64,000 nucleotides of DNA from an uncultured Bacillota bacterium (GCA_945867665.1 CAMBIR010000003.1:18757-82756), one strand, 5' to 3'; positions 1 through 9,902 are shown, counted from the stretch's first letter. The notes: generated by a model from the letters alone, not told the origin. A program made the numbers and translations.

Positions 1-654
1 CATGAATTAAATTAATCGGTTCCTTCGTATAAATTGTCGTCCCATATTCCTCTTCAACAATTGGATATTTATCACTCTTATTTTTAATATAATAATGCCC
101 CTTCTCTTTCTTAGCCTTAATATAATTTAAATAATTTGTAATCAAATATCTTCTTGAGTAGAAAATAGGAATATAACCATAACTAATTAACATAAGAGGC
201 ATCTCTCCTGCTATCTCATTCATCTCTTCTTTAGTAATATCATTAGAAATAACCGCATATCCAACACCATTCTTTTTCCAAAAATGATTCGAATAAATAC
301 TAGTATTTAAATGTTCTTGAAAAATAACCAAATCTTTCTTTATTTCCAATTTCTTTGCAAGATTTAAAACCGCCAAATCATAGAAAAATATCTTCGATAT
401 ATTCATCTTATTTAAAGCAACCAAAACACTTTCTAACTGTTTCAAATCCGAATTATGCATAATCTTATTCATCGATACACAAATTTCTTTTGAAGTCATA
501 TTAAGAATCGTTTTAATCTCTTCCACCGAAAAAGTAATATCTCGGTTTACCGATAAATCAGTAATAGGTAAAATAACTCCTGCAATATCTTTTTTCAAAA
601 CACTCCCTAATAAATCTAGACTATTTGGAATAACGAATATCCTCTTCATCATAT
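1..654 (-). CDS. U32-family peptidase-like protein (YrrN-like); partial, with its 3' end beyond the window start
   Basis: Minus-strand ORF begins ATGATG at about 654, preceded by GGAGGAA, and is open to position 1. It sits immediately downstream of a YrrM-like O-methyltransferase, which matches the Bacillus yrrM-yrrN arrangement. The product call is weak. Confidence 0.4.
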
Positions 655-660
655 TCCTCC

Positions 661-1233
661 TCATTTTCTCCTTGAAATACTAATTTTATCTCCAACAGAA
701 ACATACTCTGTCGTAAATTCTGGATTAGTATCTAAAAAATCAATAAACCTCTTAATTCTCTTAACTAACCCTTTTTGATTTTTCGTAACAGCAAGACGCT
801 CATCTTCTACTAGACCATGAAAAGAAAGATTATCCGTCACAACAAAACCATCCCTCTTTAAATAAGGTGTATAACGATTAAAAAAGTCTATACTATGTCC
901 CTTAGAAGCATCAATAAAAATCAAATCAAATTCCCCCGCAACCATAGTAGTCATCGCATCTCCATAAATTAACGTAATTCTATTTTCTAACTGCATTTTT
1001 AAAATATTTTCACAAGCTATACGGTATCTTTCTTCATCCCTCTCAATAGAAGTTACATGAATATTATCATCCATAAGTGCCATTTTAATGGCTGAATACC
1101 CAATAGCCGTACCAATCTCTAAAATATTTTTAATTCTATTTTCTAAAATAAAATTACATAAGTATTCTATCCCATCCTTTTGCATAATAGGAACATGATT
1201 TTCCATAGCATACTTTTCTATATTTGTTATCAT
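661..1233 (-). CDS. Class I SAM-dependent O-methyltransferase (YrrM/TrmR-like)
   Basis: 190 aa. Carries a SAM-binding glycine motif 'LEIGTAIGYS' and an acidic 'IFIDA' motif of the caffeoyl-CoA OMT/YrrM family. Confidence 0.7.
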   Translation of the reverse strand: MITNIEKYAMENHVPIMQKDGIEYLCNFILENRIKNILEIGTAIGYSAIKMALMDDNIHVTSIERDEERYRIACENILKMQLENRITLIYGDAMTTMVAGEFDLIFIDASKGHSIDFFNRYTPYLKRDGFVVTDNLSFHGLVEDERLAVTKNQKGLVKRIKRFIDFLDTNPEFTTEYVSVGDKISISRRK

Positions 1234-1243
1234 CCATATCCTC

Positions 1244-1993
1244 CTATATCCTTGGGGTTAAAATCTCATATCCATCATCAGTAACCAAAACTGTATGCTC
1301 ATAATGAGCCGAAGGACTCCCATCTTCTGTTACAATTGTCCAATCATCATCTAATATTCCAACTGCAGAATCTCCCAAATTTAACATTGGTTCAATACAA
1401 ATAACCATCCCTGGCTTTAATTTTGGACCAGTTCCCTTCTTGCCATAATTAGGAACATCCGGATCCTCATGCATTTTCGTTCCAATTCCATGACCTATTA
1501 ATTCTTTAACAACCCCCAAATGATATCGATTCGCATAAGATTCTACCGCATGAGAAATATCTCCTATCCTGTTTCCTGGCTTTACCTCTTTTATTCCCTC
1601 ATATAAAGCCCGCTCAGTATGTTCCATCAAATATTTCTTCTCAGGACTAATACTTCCCACAGCATAAGTCCAAGCTGCATCTCCTTGATAACCATGATAA
1701 CCAATCACCATATCAATAGTCACAATATCCCCATCTTTTAACTTTCTTTTCCCAGGAATTCCATGTACAACCTCATCATTAACACTAATACATAACGTCG
1801 CTGGAAATCCCTCATATCCCTTGCAAGTAGGAACACCATCATGCTCTATAATAAATTCCTCAGCCAAACGATCTAATTCCTTAGTCGTTATCCCTGGCTT
1901 GATATAAGGCTTTAAATATTGATGAGTTAAACTAACCAAATATCCAGCCTGGCGCATAAGTTTAATTTCTTCTTCACTCTTAATTGTAATCAT
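1244..1993 (-). CDS. map: Methionine aminopeptidase type I
   Basis: The MetAP N-terminus 'MITIKSEEEIKLMRQAG' and metal-ligand His/Asp/Glu residues are present. The likely start is the internal Met at 1993, which has an upstream GGAAGAAG. The ORF track extends to 2026. Confidence 0.85.
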   Translation of the reverse strand: MITIKSEEEIKLMRQAGYLVSLTHQYLKPYIKPGITTKELDRLAEEFIIEHDGVPTCKGYEGFPATLCISVNDEVVHGIPGKRKLKDGDIVTIDMVIGYHGYQGDAAWTYAVGSISPEKKYLMEHTERALYEGIKEVKPGNRIGDISHAVESYANRYHLGVVKELIGHGIGTKMHEDPDVPNYGKKGTGPKLKPGMVICIEPMLNLGDSAVGILDDDWTIVTEDGSPSAHYEHTVLVTDDGYEILTPRI

Positions 1994-2147
1994 ATTATCA
2001 CTTCTTCCATCACCATTATAACACAAGTGTCTATTTATTAAAATACTTAAAAATCTTTTCTTTTTTTATCATAATTTCTACTCAAAAAAAGAAAATAAAA
2101 TTATAAAGAAACTAAATTTTATTTTCTTTATAATTTTATAATATTTC

Positions 2148-3281
2148 TCATTCTCCTTGCTCTATCTTTTCTACCTCTCGAAGAAAGAAATCATCAGTCA
2201 TTCCCGCAATAAAATCAATAACCATTCTCTTCTTTGAAGTATTTTCAAAGTATATTTCATCCTTACGATTTAAAAAATACACATAAATTAAACTATCCCT
2301 CTTTTGTTCTTCTAAATCAGATAAATACTGAAAATAAATTTTATTCATCCCAGCTTTATACCTTTCTTTATCTTCTAAAGAAATACTTTTAGCATAAATA
2401 AATTGATAATTAAAATTCTTCAAGCGAAGCAATGCTTGATAAACTTCATCACTCATTTTGATATATGGCTTCTGATAACTATTATCAATAATATCCGTAA
2501 CAATTGTATTAATAATCTCTCGGTTAGTACTACCTAATACCTTTGTAATATCATCAGGAATATCTTCTTCTTTAATATAACCAAGACGAATTGCGTCTTC
2601 AATATCCCTTCCTATATAACTAATAATATCACTAATTCTAACCACACATCCCTCCAAAGTCATCGGCCGACATTCCAATGTTTTTTTCAGATTATGATAA
2701 GCTTCTTCATATTCTTTTAAAAATTCCTTCTCATCTTTTTCTTGAGGAACATACTCATTAGATAAAATTTCTCCATTATGACACATAATTCCATCTAACA
2801 CCTGAATAGATAAATTTAAACCATGTCCTTTATTTTCAATATCCATATAATTTCTTACACTCTGAATATTATGGGCAAAATATTCCCCCAATTCCCTTCT
2901 AGAAATCTCATTTAATAAACTCTCCCCAACATGACCTAAAGGAGTATGCCCAATATCATGTCCAAGAGCAATTGCCTCAATCAAATCTGTATTCAAATTT
3001 AAAGCTCTACCTATCGTTCTAGCAATTTTACTAACAAATTGAACATGAACAATCCTCTTCGATACATGATCATTTTTAGAAAAAGAATAAACTTGTGTTT
3101 TATTTAAATACCTCGTATAACTCATTGCATAAATAATTCGGTCAACATCCCGAAAAAAAGGAGTCCGAATATCATCTTCTTCCATCACCAAACGAACTGC
3201 TTCATCACTTTTTGTAGCATAACAAGATAAATTATCATCAATACGGAAAAAATTTTTCTTTACTTCAAAAAAATACTTCAT
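2148..3281 (-). CDS. dgt: dGTP triphosphohydrolase-like HD-domain phosphohydrolase
   Basis: 377 aa with the HD motif 'LGHDIGHTPLGH' typical of Dgt-like dNTPases. Confidence 0.75.
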   Translation of the reverse strand: MKYFFEVKKNFFRIDDNLSCYATKSDEAVRLVMEEDDIRTPFFRDVDRIIYAMSYTRYLNKTQVYSFSKNDHVSKRIVHVQFVSKIARTIGRALNLNTDLIEAIALGHDIGHTPLGHVGESLLNEISRRELGEYFAHNIQSVRNYMDIENKGHGLNLSIQVLDGIMCHNGEILSNEYVPQEKDEKEFLKEYEEAYHNLKKTLECRPMTLEGCVVRISDIISYIGRDIEDAIRLGYIKEEDIPDDITKVLGSTNREIINTIVTDIIDNSYQKPYIKMSDEVYQALLRLKNFNYQFIYAKSISLEDKERYKAGMNKIYFQYLSDLEEQKRDSLIYVYFLNRKDEIYFENTSKKRMVIDFIAGMTDDFFLREVEKIEQGE

Positions 3282-3391
3282 TAGTCTTAACCTCTTTTCT
3301 TTCCCAATTCAAATTAAGAATAACATACTTTATAAAAAAAGAAAAGAACTTATCCAAAGATAACCTCTCTTCTCTCTAGTAATGCAACTTC

Positions 3392-4780
3392 TTACTTCGT
3401 ACTAACTTTCAAAGGACTTTCCTTTGTCCCCATTCCACTATATTTGAGCCCAGACTTCAGAACCACTATTGGGCGAAGGGAATTGCCGTTACTACCCGTG
3501 GCGAAACCTGAACTGTTATAGGAATACAGGATGCTGTTGGCATACGACCCCGAAGTGCCCAAGCCCCGTCCGCGCCACTTATAGTTAGTCGAAGAGGAAT
3601 AATAATAGTATCGTGATGCCATCCAATAATCAGAACTGCTACTCCCTGGTTTAGTGGCTACTCGTGTCCCTAAAACTGTATTAACTAAATCATAATCCGT
3701 AGTATATAATTCATCTCCTCCACCTTGACTCTCAACAGTACTACTTCCTGTTGAACTTGTCCATGGTGCTGGATTTGTAAATTTGGAAGTATCCGTAATA
3801 TATTCTGTCTGACCATTATACCCAAAATGCCTAGATGAAACAGTATAAGTACTATTTTCATATTGACTGGCAAGAACATTTAAATATCCAACAAAATTTT
3901 GATACCCTGTTTGTCCTTTAAAATAAACGTCTGTACTAGAGACATGTTCACTAATCATCTCTACTGTTCCATCATCATTAATACGAATTACTCGCCACAA
4001 ATTTAACTCTTTTGGATAAATCGTTTGACTAGATGTATATCCTGTCATTGTTGTATCCGTTGAATAAGAAGATTTGGTAGGCGTTAAAGAAACATAATCT
4101 CCTAGACTAATCATTCCACTAACATTCTCCGCTAAAGCATCAATCGCACATTGAACATCAGAACAATTAAGCCCTGTTTTCGAATTATCATAACTAAATC
4201 GACTAGCAATAACATCATTCGCCACCAATGCCCCATTATCAATACTATCAGTTGTACTATAAGCAGCAATCCCATCTATTTTTAATCTGGCACTAAAACT
4301 TTTATTGATTTCAGTATTTTGAACAGCCTCAGATATCCATACCCGAACATCAATATCTACACTTGTTTTGGGCAATAAAATAATATCACTTTTAATAATA
4401 TTATTACTACAATCACTAAGTTGTTTAGGATCTAGTTTCCCCACCTTTGTCATAATAAATTGATGATTGATTTCATCTGTAGCCGTTGTAGGTTCTAGTA
4501 TCACATTAAATTTATAAGCAACCGTTCCTGAATTTTTAACCGTTATTCGATAAGGAGTAATTGTAGGGATTCTTTGATTAGAAATTGGCCTAGATACATC
4601 TAAAGTAACATTACCCGCATCTTCTACAGTAACCACTAAACTTCCCAATTTATAAACATTAGCTTCCTGATCAACATCTGTAGAATTAAAAAGAGAATAG
4701 GTACTACCAATCATCAAAATAGATACTAATATAATAGAAATAACACTGGTAACAATTAATCTTTTCTTAGAATCCATCAC
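3392..4780 (-). CDS. DGR target protein 3, remote from the cassette; N-terminal signal/anchor and C-terminal variable domain
   Basis: 462 aa. The N-terminus 'KKRLIVTSVISIILVSILMIG' is hydrophobic. The C-terminal 230 aa are paralogous to ORFs 11915..12859 and 14939..15904. The 3' part (3471..3605) aligns to the TR at 13941..14075 with substitutions mostly at TR adenines. Confidence 0.8.
   Translation of the reverse strand: MMDSKKRLIVTSVISIILVSILMIGSTYSLFNSTDVDQEANVYKLGSLVVTVEDAGNVTLDVSRPISNQRIPTITPYRITVKNSGTVAYKFNVILEPTTATDEINHQFIMTKVGKLDPKQLSDCSNNIIKSDIILLPKTSVDIDVRVWISEAVQNTEINKSFSARLKIDGIAAYSTTDSIDNGALVANDVIASRFSYDNSKTGLNCSDVQCAIDALAENVSGMISLGDYVSLTPTKSSYSTDTTMTGYTSSQTIYPKELNLWRVIRINDDGTVEMISEHVSSTDVYFKGQTGYQNFVGYLNVLASQYENSTYTVSSRHFGYNGQTEYITDTSKFTNPAPWTSSTGSSTVESQGGGDELYTTDYDLVNTVLGTRVATKPGSSSSDYWMASRYYYYSSSTNYKWRGRGLGTSGSYANSILYSYNSSGFATGSNGNSLRPIVVLKSGLKYSGMGTKESPLKVSTK
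3471..3605 (-). other. DGR variable region VR3
   Basis: About 135 bp homologous to the TR. The pattern of substitutions differs from VR1 and VR2. The flanking IMH-like block 'gagcccagacttcagaaccactat' is shared with VR1 and VR2. Confidence 0.75.
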
Positions 4781-4787
4781 ACACCTC

Positions 4788-5507
4788 CTACTTACTAAAA
4801 TAATATAAACTTCCCATCAATATGCCCATTACCAAAATTAAAAGTAAAAATGTTTGAGCATCAATCATTCCTTCATTATTTTTTCTTACTAAAGTCTTTG
4901 GCTTTATTTGACTCACTTCTCTCTTTTGTCCTCTTTCCAATTGACTCACCACACGTTCAACTAAAACATTGAGTGGTTGATTTTCTAAATCAAGTTCCTT
5001 ATCTTGAAATAAAGTACTGATTTGTCTTTCAATCTCTAGATAAGAAACATTTACAAAAGAATTAGCCCCATCCTGTAAATAAGTTCTAGTTATTCCATCT
5101 TGACTCTCTGAAATCAAATTCGTTTTAAAATAATTTTCAAGAAAAACTTGTTCTTTTCGTTTCCGAATAATTTTTGAATCATTTGAAAAAGAAAAACTAC
5201 TAACCAATTCTTGACTTCTCTTCTCTTCTTCATCATTAAGTGGTACAAATTGAAGAGAAAGTTCCTTGATATTCTTAAGCCTCTTAATTGTATCTTTATA
5301 AGCCTTTAAATAAAAAGTTTTATAATTAGGATTATTCAAAATACTACTAGAAATAACTAAAGTTGCCTCTCCACTATCTTTTCTTAGAGAAACTTCAAAA
5401 TCAACCCCAGAAAAAAAACCACGATACAAAATAATATCCTCATCTTCTAGTATAATCTCCATCTTACCACTCCTCATTATCTTAATATAAGAGTACCATA
5501 AATACAA
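4788..5507 (-). CDS. Hypothetical protein with a C-terminal TM anchor
   Basis: 239 aa ORF with hydrophobic C-terminus 'FLLLILVMGILMGSLYYF'. It ends 7 bp upstream of target3 on the same strand. The true start may be the internal 'MEIILEDED'. Confidence 0.4.
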   Translation of the reverse strand: MYLWYSYIKIMRSGKMEIILEDEDIILYRGFFSGVDFEVSLRKDSGEATLVISSSILNNPNYKTFYLKAYKDTIKRLKNIKELSLQFVPLNDEEEKRSQELVSSFSFSNDSKIIRKRKEQVFLENYFKTNLISESQDGITRTYLQDGANSFVNVSYLEIERQISTLFQDKELDLENQPLNVLVERVVSQLERGQKREVSQIKPKTLVRKNNEGMIDAQTFLLLILVMGILMGSLYYFSK

Positions 5508-5637
5508 AAAAAAATAAAGTCTTATTCATAAAATTTATCATTTTGAATATTCTATAAACAAATATTTATTTCTGTTGATTATTTCTCTTTAAAAATTGAC
5601 AAATAGTTTAAAAATATGATAAATTAAAGAAGAAAGG

Positions 5638-6228
5638 ATGGTAAAAATGTTAAAAAAATTAAATCAAATCATTAATGAAGCAATAGGAATTTCCATTATT
5701 TTTCTCCTTCTTGGTATTATTTTCTTAATATTTCCCAATATTTCCATTAAAATAGTTGCTTACTTAATTGCGATTATCTTAATTGGAAGTGGAATCTATT
5801 TAACCTACTTAGAAATTTATACCAAAAGTTTTCTCTTACCAATAGATACTCTTCTTAATGGAATACTCTCTATTCTATTTGGAATTATTATTTTAATTTA
5901 TCCAGATATCTTTAAAATAATGATTCCCATTATCTTAGGTACTTACTTTATTCTAGATAGTATCTTCAAATTAAAACTAGTTGTATTATTAAGAAGAATA
6001 GACAACAAGAGTTGGATAGTAACGCTTCTTCTAACAATACTATCTATCATTTGTGGAATCATCTTAATCTTAAATCCTATTGATAGTTCTATTGCACTAG
6101 CCCTATTTGCTGGAATTACTTTAATTATCTATTCCCTATCTGGAATAATTGATATGATTTTATTTAAGAAAAATATTCATGATTTAACAAAAGTATTTAA
6201 AGAAAATATTAAAATTATTGAAGAATAA
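5638..6228 (+). CDS. DUF308/HdeD-like repeat-containing integral membrane protein
   Basis: 196 aa with six hydrophobic segments carrying repeated 'GI..I..G...I' patterns. The RBS is 'agaaaggatgg'. Confidence 0.55.
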   Translation: MVKMLKKLNQIINEAIGISIIFLLLGIIFLIFPNISIKIVAYLIAIILIGSGIYLTYLEIYTKSFLLPIDTLLNGILSILFGIIILIYPDIFKIMIPIILGTYFILDSIFKLKLVVLLRRIDNKSWIVTLLLTILSIICGIILILNPIDSSIALALFAGITLIIYSLSGIIDMILFKKNIHDLTKVFKENIKIIEE

Positions 6229-6284
6229 AAAATACTTCATTTAGACATTTCCCTAAATAGAGATGATTCTAAAGAAGTATTTTT

Positions 6285-6992
6285 TTAACATTTCTTTATC
6301 CCACAAACCTTACTAACATTAGCAACACATTCAATAGAACACTTAATTTTATCATAGCTTTCACCTTTTATCTCATCATTAAGTTCCATAAAAGCATCCA
6401 ACTGTTTATCACTAATTCCATCCGTTAAAGACTCTACCTTACCATCCACAACAGAAATAATACTAGGAGCATAAATTCTCTTCTCTAAAACCGAAACCTC
6501 TTCACCTGATTCATTTTTTAGCGTATAATCATCTAACACAGCGTCAAAAAGACGAAGTAATGTTTGATAGTCTTCCGTTCCCTTTTTCGTTTGAATAACT
6601 TTTCCCTCCTTAATCTCATAAGTATCCCGCATATTCCTAATATTAATATAATAAACTTTCTCTATTCCAACATCATCTACTACCTCTAAGAGAGTAGAAA
6701 TAACACTTCTACACCAAGGACATTCTGGAAACCCTAAGTATAAAACAAAACTTTCTTTTTCCTTCATTTTTTCTATAAGCTCTTGAACAGATAAATAAAC
6801 TACAGAATTATTCTTATCAATCTCTACCTTTCTTGCTATTTTTTCTTTAATTTTTTTCCCATTATATTCTTCATACTCTCGTTTAAATTTTAAAGCATCC
6901 GTCTCTTTCTCAGAAAAAGAGCATCCTCCTAAAAATAATACTCCAAACAAAATGATAATAATTATTCTCTTCACTTTCTCCTCACCTACCAA
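6285..6992 (-). CDS. Thioredoxin-fold lipoprotein (thiol-disulfide oxidoreductase-like)
   Basis: Lipobox 'LFLGGCSF' and CxxC motif 'ECPWC'. Confidence 0.55.
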   Translation of the reverse strand: MVGEEKVKRIIIIILFGVLFLGGCSFSEKETDALKFKREYEEYNGKKIKEKIARKVEIDKNNSVVYLSVQELIEKMKEKESFVLYLGFPECPWCRSVISTLLEVVDDVGIEKVYYINIRNMRDTYEIKEGKVIQTKKGTEDYQTLLRLFDAVLDDYTLKNESGEEVSVLEKRIYAPSIISVVDGKVESLTDGISDKQLDAFMELNDEIKGESYDKIKCSIECVANVSKVCGIKKC

Positions 6993-7139
6993 AATCAGTA
7001 TAAAATATATCTATCTAAAACACAATAAAATTAAAGTTGAATTCACTAAACATTAAGTTTAGTAATATAATCGTCACATAATGAAAAATAATCTCATATA
7101 CTACCACCTTCAGTATAATCATATTAAGAGATGACTAAA

Positions 7140-7620
7140 ATGAAATATATGACAACTAAAGAAACAGAAAAAAAATGGAATATTAGTAAAAGAAGAATAC
7201 GACAACCACTTCAAGCAGGAAGAATTGAAGAAGCAGCTAAAATTGAAAATCATTGGAATATTCCTACTTATACTATGACAAAAGAATAATTAAACCAGAC
7301 AAAAATAGTTTTATTATTAATTTAAATGATAATTACTTTAGTGAAGTAGATAGCATTAGAATTAAAAAGACCAATTCCTAAAGAAACTCTAAAATCATTA
7401 AAAGAAACCATAAATTTAGAATGGACTTATAATAGTAATGGTATTGAAGGGAACACACTAACTCTAAAAGAAACACAAGTTGTTTTAGAAGACATCACAG
7501 TAGGTGGTAAATCAATCAAGAAACATTTAGAAGCCATAAATCATGAGCAAGCCATTTTATTTTTAGATGATTTAGTTAAAGCTAAAAATCCAATTACTGA
7601 ATGGAATATACTTAATTAGA
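7140..7620 (+). pseudogene. Fic/Doc-family protein remnant, frameshifted and truncated
   Basis: Frame A (7140..7289) gives 'MKYMTTKETEKKWNISKRRIRQPLQAGRIEEAAKIENHWNIP', an HTH-like N-terminus. Frame B (7381..7620) gives '...NGIEGNTLTLKETQVVLEDITVGGKSIKKHLEAINHEQAILFL', a typical Fic N-terminal/inhibitory-helix region. Stops interrupt both frames and there is no HPFx[DE]GNGR core. Confidence 0.5.
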
Positions 7621-7764
7621 AATTGAAATGTTAAATAAATATTTAAAGTTATTATAGATGTTTTACTTTTCCAATTAAGATATTAGTTACTTAGCAGAGT
7701 TATCCTTGCTTTTTTTTCAAGATAAAGATATACTTAAATAAAGAAAATAAGGAGGAAAGAAGTA

Positions 7765-9177
7765 ATGATATTTTTAAATACACTAGATGCCTGCTCTAAT
7801 TATGAAATCTTAAGAATCGTTCGCGTAATCATGAATGTTTTTCGCTTAATCTGTTTCATCGCCCCAATTCTATTAATCATAATGCTCTCCATTGATTTTG
7901 GAAAAACAGTAATGTCTGGAGGAAATATTGAAGATAATAAAGTTCTATCTTTATTCATTAAAAGAATTATAATGTGTATGGCAATTTTTTTAGTCCCAAT
8001 TTTTATTACTGTCGCGATGAATATAACAGGACTTAGTACAGCCAAACAATATAAAGATTGCCTAAAAAATTATGAAAATGCAAACAATTATAAAGATAAT
8101 ACCATAACAAATAAAGGAAATTCAAGTAATAATGGAAACAATAATAACAAAGGAAATTCAAATGGAAGTGAAGGCTCGAATTCATCTTCTATCAAAAAAA
8201 TTACTTTAAACAAAACCAATGCCACAATTACTGAATATTCTGATAATGTTTCTAGTCGAGGAAAAAATTATACCATTAACAAAACAAAATTATCCATTAA
8301 AGAATCAGCTGCAAAAGGAAAAATAAAATGGAGCATCACTGACGGAAAGACTGTCGCCAAAGTAGATAACAAAGGAAAAGTAACCGCTCTAAGTGGAGGA
8401 ACAGCTACAGTAAGAGCAGAACTAAAAGATAATTCAAAAGTCTATGCCGAAGCTAAAATAACTGTGGCTCATGGTCTTTATGAAAATGTAAAGACGACTC
8501 AAAATGTTACTGTAAAAGATATCTATACCGGAAAGTCGATTACATTAACGAAAGGAAAAAAAGTAGTTCTCCTTGGAGAATTAAAATGCAAACGACAAGA
8601 TTATAAAAACCAAACATTTAATATTAGAATAGATAAAAATACAGTTGCTAAAATTTCAGGTAAATATCTAAAATTTGTAAGTTATTATGTTGATGATGGA
8701 TATACAAATGAAGTATACGAAAATTTTATTAATGAACAAGGATTCACCAGCAAAACAAACTACTTATTTTGGGTAAATGTTGGTACCCAAAGATTAATGT
8801 TATTTAAAAAAGAAAATTCCAAATGGAAAATCATAGAAAACTTTAAAACCTCAACAGGAGACTCTGAAGGAAAAAACACAAATGATAGCGGTGGCTCAAC
8901 AATAACTAAATTTGACCTAGAAGTACAAGATTTTAATAGTGAATCATCTGTTGGAAGAGCAATTCATGTTCGCTACGAAACAACCAAAAAAAATCATGGC
9001 AACACAATGCATGTAGGCAGCTTACCGAAAAATACTGATGGCGGTAATTCTTCTGAAAATCAACCATCTTCACATGGATGTCCCCATTTATCAAAAAGTT
9101 TTCGAGATAAACTTTATAATACTTATAATGAAAAAAGTAAAAATAAATTAATCAATTCTAAAGTAATTTATTATTAA
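7765..9177 (+). CDS. Membrane-anchored protein with Asn/Gly/Ser-rich linker, Big_2 Ig-like domain and C-terminal L,D-transpeptidase-like domain
   Basis: N-terminal TMs. Low-complexity stretch 'NSSNNGNNNNKGNSNGSEGSNSSS'. Big_2-like segment '...KTVAKVDNKGKVTALSGGTATVRAEL'. C-terminal 'H…SHGCPHLS' resembles the YkuD catalytic His/Cys motif. Confidence 0.55.
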   Translation: MIFLNTLDACSNYEILRIVRVIMNVFRLICFIAPILLIIMLSIDFGKTVMSGGNIEDNKVLSLFIKRIIMCMAIFLVPIFITVAMNITGLSTAKQYKDCLKNYENANNYKDNTITNKGNSSNNGNNNNKGNSNGSEGSNSSSIKKITLNKTNATITEYSDNVSSRGKNYTINKTKLSIKESAAKGKIKWSITDGKTVAKVDNKGKVTALSGGTATVRAELKDNSKVYAEAKITVAHGLYENVKTTQNVTVKDIYTGKSITLTKGKKVVLLGELKCKRQDYKNQTFNIRIDKNTVAKISGKYLKFVSYYVDDGYTNEVYENFINEQGFTSKTNYLFWVNVGTQRLMLFKKENSKWKIIENFKTSTGDSEGKNTNDSGGSTITKFDLEVQDFNSESSVGRAIHVRYETTKKNHGNTMHVGSLPKNTDGGNSSENQPSSHGCPHLSKSFRDKLYNTYNEKSKNKLINSKVIYY

Positions 9178-9180
9178 AAT

Positions 9181-9208
9181 AAAGTAGCACTTGTGCTACT
9201 TTATTTAC
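9181..9208. terminator. Bidirectional rho-independent terminator between convergent genes
   Basis: Palindrome 'aaagtagcac ttgt gctacttt' flanked by A and T runs. Confidence 0.5.
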
Positions 9209-9890
9209 AATTACTATCTAATTTAATTGGTACTCGGTAAAGAGATACCTTACCATTTTTATCTTTTCCTTGAATTTCTAAATAAATTTTTGAATTAGCA
9301 AAACTCTTACAACTACTAGAATAATCATCAACCTGTATTTCTACCTTTTTTAAATAATCATCTAAAGAAATATTCTTTCCCTTTAAACCCTCATTAATTT
9401 TCTTCTTATTATTCTGATATTCTTCATACAAACTACAAGTTACCTCTTCATAAACCGTAGCATCTTCTTCCCCACAATAATCAATATTAGAAATATAAAT
9501 AGAAGACTTATCCTTATTATAAGCAACACTCCCAGTTACTGTAAAATCTTCACAATCACTAGAAACCTTCTTCAAGTAAAAATCATGATTAGAACAAAAT
9601 AAAATAATAATAAACAAGAAAAGAACAAAAACAAAAAAGAAGAAAAAAAAGGATACCTTCGACAATCGCTTCTTTTTTTCAAATTTACTTCCATTAATCA
9701 TGGTATCAATATCAACATGAAAGATTCGACTAATTTCCTTTAAAACACTAATATCTGGAATATTTAATCCTCTCTCCCATTTACTCACCGCCTGATAAGT
9801 TACCCCTAACATATCCGCAAGTTGCTTTTGAGTTAAATGATTTTCTTTTCGTAAATTTTGAATAAATTTTTGAATATTTTCTTGTTCCAT
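9201..9890 (-). CDS. XRE-family HTH regulator fused to a TM segment and extracytoplasmic domain
   Basis: N-terminal 'LTQKQLADMLGVTYQAVSKWERGLNIPD' HTH_XRE, followed by a poly-Phe TM 'FFFFFFVFVLFLFIIILF' and a C-terminal domain of about 120 aa. Confidence 0.6.
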   Translation of the reverse strand: MEQENIQKFIQNLRKENHLTQKQLADMLGVTYQAVSKWERGLNIPDISVLKEISRIFHVDIDTMINGSKFEKKKRLSKVSFFFFFFVFVLFLFIIILFCSNHDFYLKKVSSDCEDFTVTGSVAYNKDKSSIYISNIDYCGEEDATVYEEVTCSLYEEYQNNKKKINEGLKGKNISLDDYLKKVEIQVDDYSSSCKSFANSKIYLEIQGKDKNGKVSLYRVPIKLDSNCK

Positions 9891-9902
9891 CTTTTCCCAC
9901 CA

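Noticed and set aside
2148-3281. dGTPase-like gene as an anti-phage dNTP-depletion defence system
   Set aside because: It is embedded in the conserved yrrM–map housekeeping neighbourhood with no defence-island context. It is treated as housekeeping dgt.
9636-9665. A7/A8 homopolymer runs (poly-Phe codons) in ORF 9201..9890 as a phase-variation switch
   Set aside because: Runs of 7–8 A/T are common by chance in an approximately 28% GC genome and encode a TM poly-Phe segment. There is no evidence of a contingency locus.
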